Positions 16,083 to 19,434 of a stretch of DNA of 19,434 nucleotides are shown here, in pieces. Source of the DNA: a virus (Duplodnaviria; Heunggongvirae; Uroviricota; Caudoviricetes); IMG/VR virus record IMGVR_UViG_2778261454_000002, positions 1-19,434 of that record; one strand, 5' to 3'. Numbering within the stretch: position 1 is the first letter of the stretch; each line of letters opens with the position of its first letter. Under the pieces are notes generated by a model. The model did no database searches. It was given only the letters and a program-made list of their open reading frames with translations, and was not told the DNA's origin. The position numbers were made by a program, and so were the translations under genes.

Positions 16083-17406
16083 TCTTCCGCATATCGCCAG
16101 TATGGCCTTTAATGAGCCGCTGATGCTTGAACCCGCCTACGCGCGGGTTTTCTTTTGTGCCTTAGCTGGTCAGCTGGGCATCACCCGGCTGACAGATACC
16201 GTCTCTGGCATCACGCTTGACGCCGGACAAATAGCCGAACCGCTGGCGCTGTTTGGTGAAGATGATGACATGGATACCCGACCATCGCGAAGCTATCAGG
16301 TGGCAAATGGCATCGCGGTCTTGCCGGTTTCCGGCACTCTGGTGAGTAAAACCCGTGCGCTGCAGCCTTATTCCGGGATGACGGGTTACAACGGGATCAT
16401 CGCTCGCCTGCAGCAGGCCATCAGTGACCCCGGCGTCGACGGCATTCTACTGGACATGGATACGCCGGGTGGCATGGTGTCCGGGGCGTTTGACTGCGCC
16501 GACATTATTGCCCGTATGCGCGATATCAAACCCATCTGGGCGCTGGCCAATGACATGAACTGCAGTGCAGGTCAGCTTATAGCCAGTTCGGCATCGCGAC
16601 GGCTGGTCACACAAACGGCCAGAACCGGCTCCATTGGGGTCATGATGGCGCACAGTAACTATGGCGCTGCGCTCAAAACTAACGGCGTTGAGGTCACGCT
16701 GATTTACAGCGGCGATCGCAAGGTCGACGGCAACCCTTACGAAAAGCTTCCGAAAGATGTGCGTGCTGATTTCCAGACGCGTATCGATGCCACTCGTCAG
16801 ATGTTTGCCGAAAAGGTTTCCGCTTATACCGGCATGTCTGTTCAGGACGTGCTGGACACCGAAGCGGCAGTATTCTCCGGCCAGGAATCTTTGGATAACG
16901 GGCTGGCGGATGAACTTGTTAACAATACCGATGCGCTCGGCGTGATGCGCGAAGCACTCGACAGACGCAAAAAAACAACCCTTGGAGGAACTATGCCATC
17001 ACCTTCTGCATCAGCTGTGACCACTAAGCCAGTTGACCAGGCAGCAACTCAGACAACTGCATCAGCTGAACAGGCCACTACCGTTGACACGACAATTGCT
17101 TCCGTAGCAGCCCCTGTAGATGTCAGTGCGCAGGTTACTGCAGCAGTAGCTGCAGAGAATAGTCGCATCATGGGCATCCTAAACTGCGACGAGGCTAAAG
17201 GGCGTGAGTCACAGGCGCGAGCACTGGCCGAAACGCCGGGTATGACGGTAGAGAGCGCACAGCGCATTCTGGCTGCTGCACCGCAAAGTGCCCAGACGCG
17301 TACCGATACGGCGCTGGATCGTTTGATGGAAACAGCACCCGGTGCACTCCCAGCAGGTAGCGCATCTTCTGATGCCGCTGACGATTTGTTAAACACCCCC
17401 GTTTAA
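16063..17406 (+). CDS. C: Head maturation protease C (S49/ClpP-like), presumably with in-frame internal scaffold Nu3
   Basis: 447 aa; colinear with lambda C ([37 protein letters not shown]...). The Ala/Thr/Ser-rich linker and conserved C-terminus match the lambda C/Nu3 arrangement. Confidence 0.9.
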   Translation: MAHELRNLPHIASMAFNEPLMLEPAYARVFFCALAGQLGITRLTDTVSGITLDAGQIAEPLALFGEDDDMDTRPSRSYQVANGIAVLPVSGTLVSKTRALQPYSGMTGYNGIIARLQQAISDPGVDGILLDMDTPGGMVSGAFDCADIIARMRDIKPIWALANDMNCSAGQLIASSASRRLVTQTARTGSIGVMMAHSNYGAALKTNGVEVTLIYSGDRKVDGNPYEKLPKDVRADFQTRIDATRQMFAEKVSAYTGMSVQDVLDTEAAVFSGQESLDNGLADELVNNTDALGVMREALDRRKKTTLGGTMPSPSASAVTTKPVDQAATQTTASAEQATTVDTTIASVAAPVDVSAQVTAAVAAENSRIMGILNCDEAKGRESQARALAETPGMTVESAQRILAAAPQSAQTRTDTALDRLMETAPGALPAGSASSDAADDLLNTPV

Positions 17407-17415
17407 GAGGCTATC

Positions 17416-17748
17416 ATGGCAATTACTGAAGTTTTCACACATAACCAGCCGCTCGGTAACAGCGACCCGGCGCACACTGCGTATGGTCCTGGCGAACTGA
17501 CAGCTTCCACTCCAGCCATGACGCCGCTCATGCTGGATGCCACTTCTGGCAAGCTGGCCGTCTGGGATGGTGCTCATGCTGGCGCGGCAATGGGCATCCT
17601 GGCTGTAACCGCAGACCAGAACAGCGCGGAACTGGCATTTTACAAATCTGGCTCTTTCCGTATTGAAGATGTCCTCTGGCCATCTGCCGTCACCGACGAC
17701 AACATTAAACGTAACGCGTTCGCCGGTACTGCAATCAGCATCGTTTAA
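17416..17748 (+). CDS. D: Head decoration protein D
   Basis: 110 aa, same length as lambda gpD, high identity ([27 protein letters not shown]....KL..WDG...GAA.GILAV.ADQ). Confidence 0.9.
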   Translation: MAITEVFTHNQPLGNSDPAHTAYGPGELTASTPAMTPLMLDATSGKLAVWDGAHAGAAMGILAVTADQNSAELAFYKSGSFRIEDVLWPSAVTDDNIKRNAFAGTAISIV

Positions 17749-17777
17749 TCCGCATTTCTACAACCATCATCATTCAT

Positions 17778-17803
17778 AAAAGCCGCCTGCGCGGCTTTTT
17801 TTA
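17778..17803 (+). terminator. Hairpin with T-run between D and E (possible attenuator or mRNA stabiliser)
   Basis: AGCCGC-CTGC-GCGGCT followed by TTTTTTT, 13 nt before the E start codon. Confidence 0.4.
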
Positions 17804-17815
17804 CGGGAAATATCT

Positions 17816-18841
17816 ATGTCCGTTTACACCACTGCCCAGCTGCTGGCGGTCAATGAGAAGAAATTCAAATTCGATCCGCTTTTCCTGCGTATCTTTTTCC
17901 GCGAAACCTATCCCTTCAGTACAGAGAAGGTTTACCTGTCGCAAATTCCTGGCCTGGTCAATATGGCGCTTTACGTCTCGCCGATTGTCTCCGGCAAAGT
18001 GATCCGCTCCCGTGGCGGCAGCACGTCTGAATTCACGCCAGGTTATGTGAAGCCGAAACACGAAGTTAACCCACTGATGACTCTCCGCCGCCTGCCGGAT
18101 GAGGATCCGCAGAATCTCGCTGACCCGGTCTATCGCCGTCGCCGCATCATCCTTCAGAACATGAAGGATGAAGAGCTGGCGATTGCTCAGGTCGAAGAGA
18201 AACAGGCTGTTTCGGCGGTGCTCAGCGGTAAATACACCATGACCGGGGAAGCGTTCGAGCCTGTTGAAGTCGATATGGGTCGCAGCGCTGGTAACAACAT
18301 TGTCCAGGCAGGTGCGGCTGCATGGTCAACCCGCGACAAAGAAACGTATGACCCGACCGATGACATTGAAGCGTACGCGCTTAATGCCAGCGGTGTGATC
18401 AACATCATTGTGTTCGATCCGAAGGGCTGGGCGCTGTTCCGTTCCTTCAAGTCTGTTGAGAAGAAACTGGACACCCGTCGGGGTTCTAACTCAGAGCTGG
18501 AAACTGCCGTGAAAGACCTGGGTATGGCTGTTTCATACAAGGGTATGTATGGCGATGTGGCCATCGTGGTGTACTCCGGCCAGTACGTCGAAAATGATGT
18601 CAAAAAGAACTATCTGCCGGATCTGACGATGGTTCTGGGTAATACACAGGCCCGTGGCCTCCGTACCTATGGCTGCATTCTTGATGCTGATGCCCAGCGC
18701 GAAGGTATCAATGCCTCGACACGCTACCCGAAAAACTGGGTGCAGTCGGGGGATCCGGCGCGCGAATTCACCATGATTCAGTCAGCTCCGCTGATGCTGC
18801 TGCCAGACCCTGACGCATTCGTCTCCGTCAAACTGGCATAA
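17816..18841 (+). CDS. E: Major capsid protein E
   Basis: 341 aa, same length as lambda gpE, and near-identical (YTTAQLLA.NE.KFKFDPLFLR.FFRE.YPF.TEKVYLSQIPGLVNMALYVSPIVSG.VIRSRGGSTSEFTPGYVKPKHEVNP). Confidence 0.95.
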   Translation: MSVYTTAQLLAVNEKKFKFDPLFLRIFFRETYPFSTEKVYLSQIPGLVNMALYVSPIVSGKVIRSRGGSTSEFTPGYVKPKHEVNPLMTLRRLPDEDPQNLADPVYRRRRIILQNMKDEELAIAQVEEKQAVSAVLSGKYTMTGEAFEPVEVDMGRSAGNNIVQAGAAAWSTRDKETYDPTDDIEAYALNASGVINIIVFDPKGWALFRSFKSVEKKLDTRRGSNSELETAVKDLGMAVSYKGMYGDVAIVVYSGQYVENDVKKNYLPDLTMVLGNTQARGLRTYGCILDADAQREGINASTRYPKNWVQSGDPAREFTMIQSAPLMLLPDPDAFVSVKLA

Positions 18842-18886
18842 CTTCCCCCAGTGGCCCTGTCGGGCCACCTTTCTGGAGTATTTCCC

Positions 18887-19294
18887 ATGACAGAAAAAGA
18901 AAAGCTGGTCGCCCGCCTGAATGAACTTGGGACCCAGCTTAACCGCGAGGTCAGTTCCAGCGGCACCATTCAGGAACTAACGATGCGTATTGCTGAGCTT
19001 GAAGAGGAGCTGGATGGAGACGCCATCTCGGTTGACGGTAAAAACGGCGTGCAGAATGCTTCCGACAGCACCGACAGCACCGACAGCAATGTTGCTAACG
19101 TGGCAAAAGTAAAAACGGAATCGGCCACAACGGGTGACCTGGTATCAGTAGAAACGCTGGCCACCCTGCATATTGACGCTCTGCATGCCACGCGTAACGA
19201 ACCGGTATCCATCGTAGAGCCTGGTGTGATTATCCGCGTATCTGAACAGGATGCCGACGACTTGATCGCAAAGGGGCTGGCTTTCGAAGTCTGA
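18887..19294 (+). CDS. FI: DNA packaging protein FI
   Basis: Track ORF 18851..19294; start trimmed to MTEKEKLVARLNELGTQLNREV, which aligns with lambda FI MTKDELIARLRSLGEQLNRDV; conserved C-terminal HIDALHATRNEPV. Confidence 0.8.
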   Translation: MTEKEKLVARLNELGTQLNREVSSSGTIQELTMRIAELEEELDGDAISVDGKNGVQNASDSTDSTDSNVANVAKVKTESATTGDLVSVETLATLHIDALHATRNEPVSIVEPGVIIRVSEQDADDLIAKGLAFEV

Positions 19295-19304
19295 AGGGGG
19301 CCAC

Positions 19305-19434
19305 ATGGCTGATTTCGATAATCTCTTTGACGAGGCCATGTCGCGAGCTGATAGCGCTATCCGGCCTCAAAGTGTGAAGTGGTCGTTTTCATGGAGAAAG
19401 CATAATGGCCGAATTTGGCGCGATGATATTAATG
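19305..19434 (+). CDS. FII: Head completion protein FII (5' partial, runs off window)
   Basis: MADFDNLFDEAMSRADSAIR matches the lambda FII N-terminus MADFDNLFDAAIARADETIR; the sequence after about residue 21 diverges. Confidence 0.65.
   Translation, partial: MADFDNLFDEAMSRADSAIRPQSVKWSFSWRKHNGRIWRDDIN

Larger units (their letters stand above)
79..19434. mobile_element. Lambdoid prophage, left arm through head genes; right boundary outside window
   Basis: Lambda gene order CI / Cro / CII-like / Rz-Rz1 / cos / Nu1-A-W-B-C-D-E-FI-FII, with head proteins near-identical in length and sequence to lambda. Left boundary placed where dusA homology ends (about nt 78); boundary is inferred. Confidence 0.85.

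Noticed and set aside
16447-17577. Minus-strand Ala/Ser/Thr-rich ORFs inside gene C (for example 16842..17024, 17049..17396, 17389..17577)
   Set aside because: They mirror the GC-rich, Ala-rich coding of the C/Nu3 linker on the opposite strand and are not independent genes.
19060-19095. In-frame 9-nt tandem repeat (ACCGACAGC, about 2.5 copies) encoding DSTDSTDS in FI
   Set aside because: Short coding repeat in a low-complexity linker of FI; probably ordinary length variation rather than a functional element.
1-19434. CRISPR arrays, tRNA/rRNA genes, IS elements
   Set aside because: No regularly spaced direct repeats, no tRNA-like cloverleaf signatures (I checked especially near the att junction), and no transposase-like ORFs or terminal inverted repeats.
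19365-19434. Divergence of the FII reading frame after about residue 21, possibly a frameshift
   Set aside because: Too little sequence before the window ends to tell a frameshift from ordinary divergence.

Overview
This window is the left part of a lambda-like (lambdoid) prophage inserted into the 5' end of a host dusA-like gene, probably in Escherichia or a close relative; the prophage runs past the right edge of the window. All calls rest on reading the sequence and the supplied ORF translations against remembered protein families; no search was run. Coordinates for CDSs follow the ORF track; coordinates for non-ORF features were counted by hand and may be off by 1-2 nt. Layout, left to right: (1) nt 1-96, truncated dusA 5' fragment and prophage junction; (2) 222-1178, a plus-strand cargo cassette (GNAT-like ORF plus a small ORF) ending in a bidirectional terminator; (3) 1176-6168, a minus-strand early-left operon with PrtN-like, 3'-5' exonuclease, DUF4222, DUF550, Ea22-like, HD hydrolase and RdgC genes but no recognisable exo/bet/gam or N; (4) 6280-8156, immunity region with a candidate pL/OL, a CI repressor carrying an S24 peptidase domain, OR/PR, cro and a CII/YdaT-like gene; (5) 8501-9136, a chimeric ORF in which a replication-initiator-like HTH N-terminus is fused in frame to the C-terminal part of spanin Rz, with Rz1 intact inside it. 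This implies a deletion of the rest of the replication gene, the Q antiterminator, holin and endolysin, so the prophage is probably defective; (6) 9338-11725, an accessory island between Rz and cos holding a KilA-N protein, small ORFs, a divergently transcribed AT-rich retropepsin-like aspartic protease gene and a structured intergenic region. This is my best candidate for an undescribed system, but I cannot assign it a function; (7) about 11799-11810, a lambda-like cosN; (8) 11887-19434, a head module colinear with lambda Nu1-A-W-B-C-D-E-FI-FII and apparently intact. No tRNA, rRNA, CRISPR array, IS element or integrase was found in the window.
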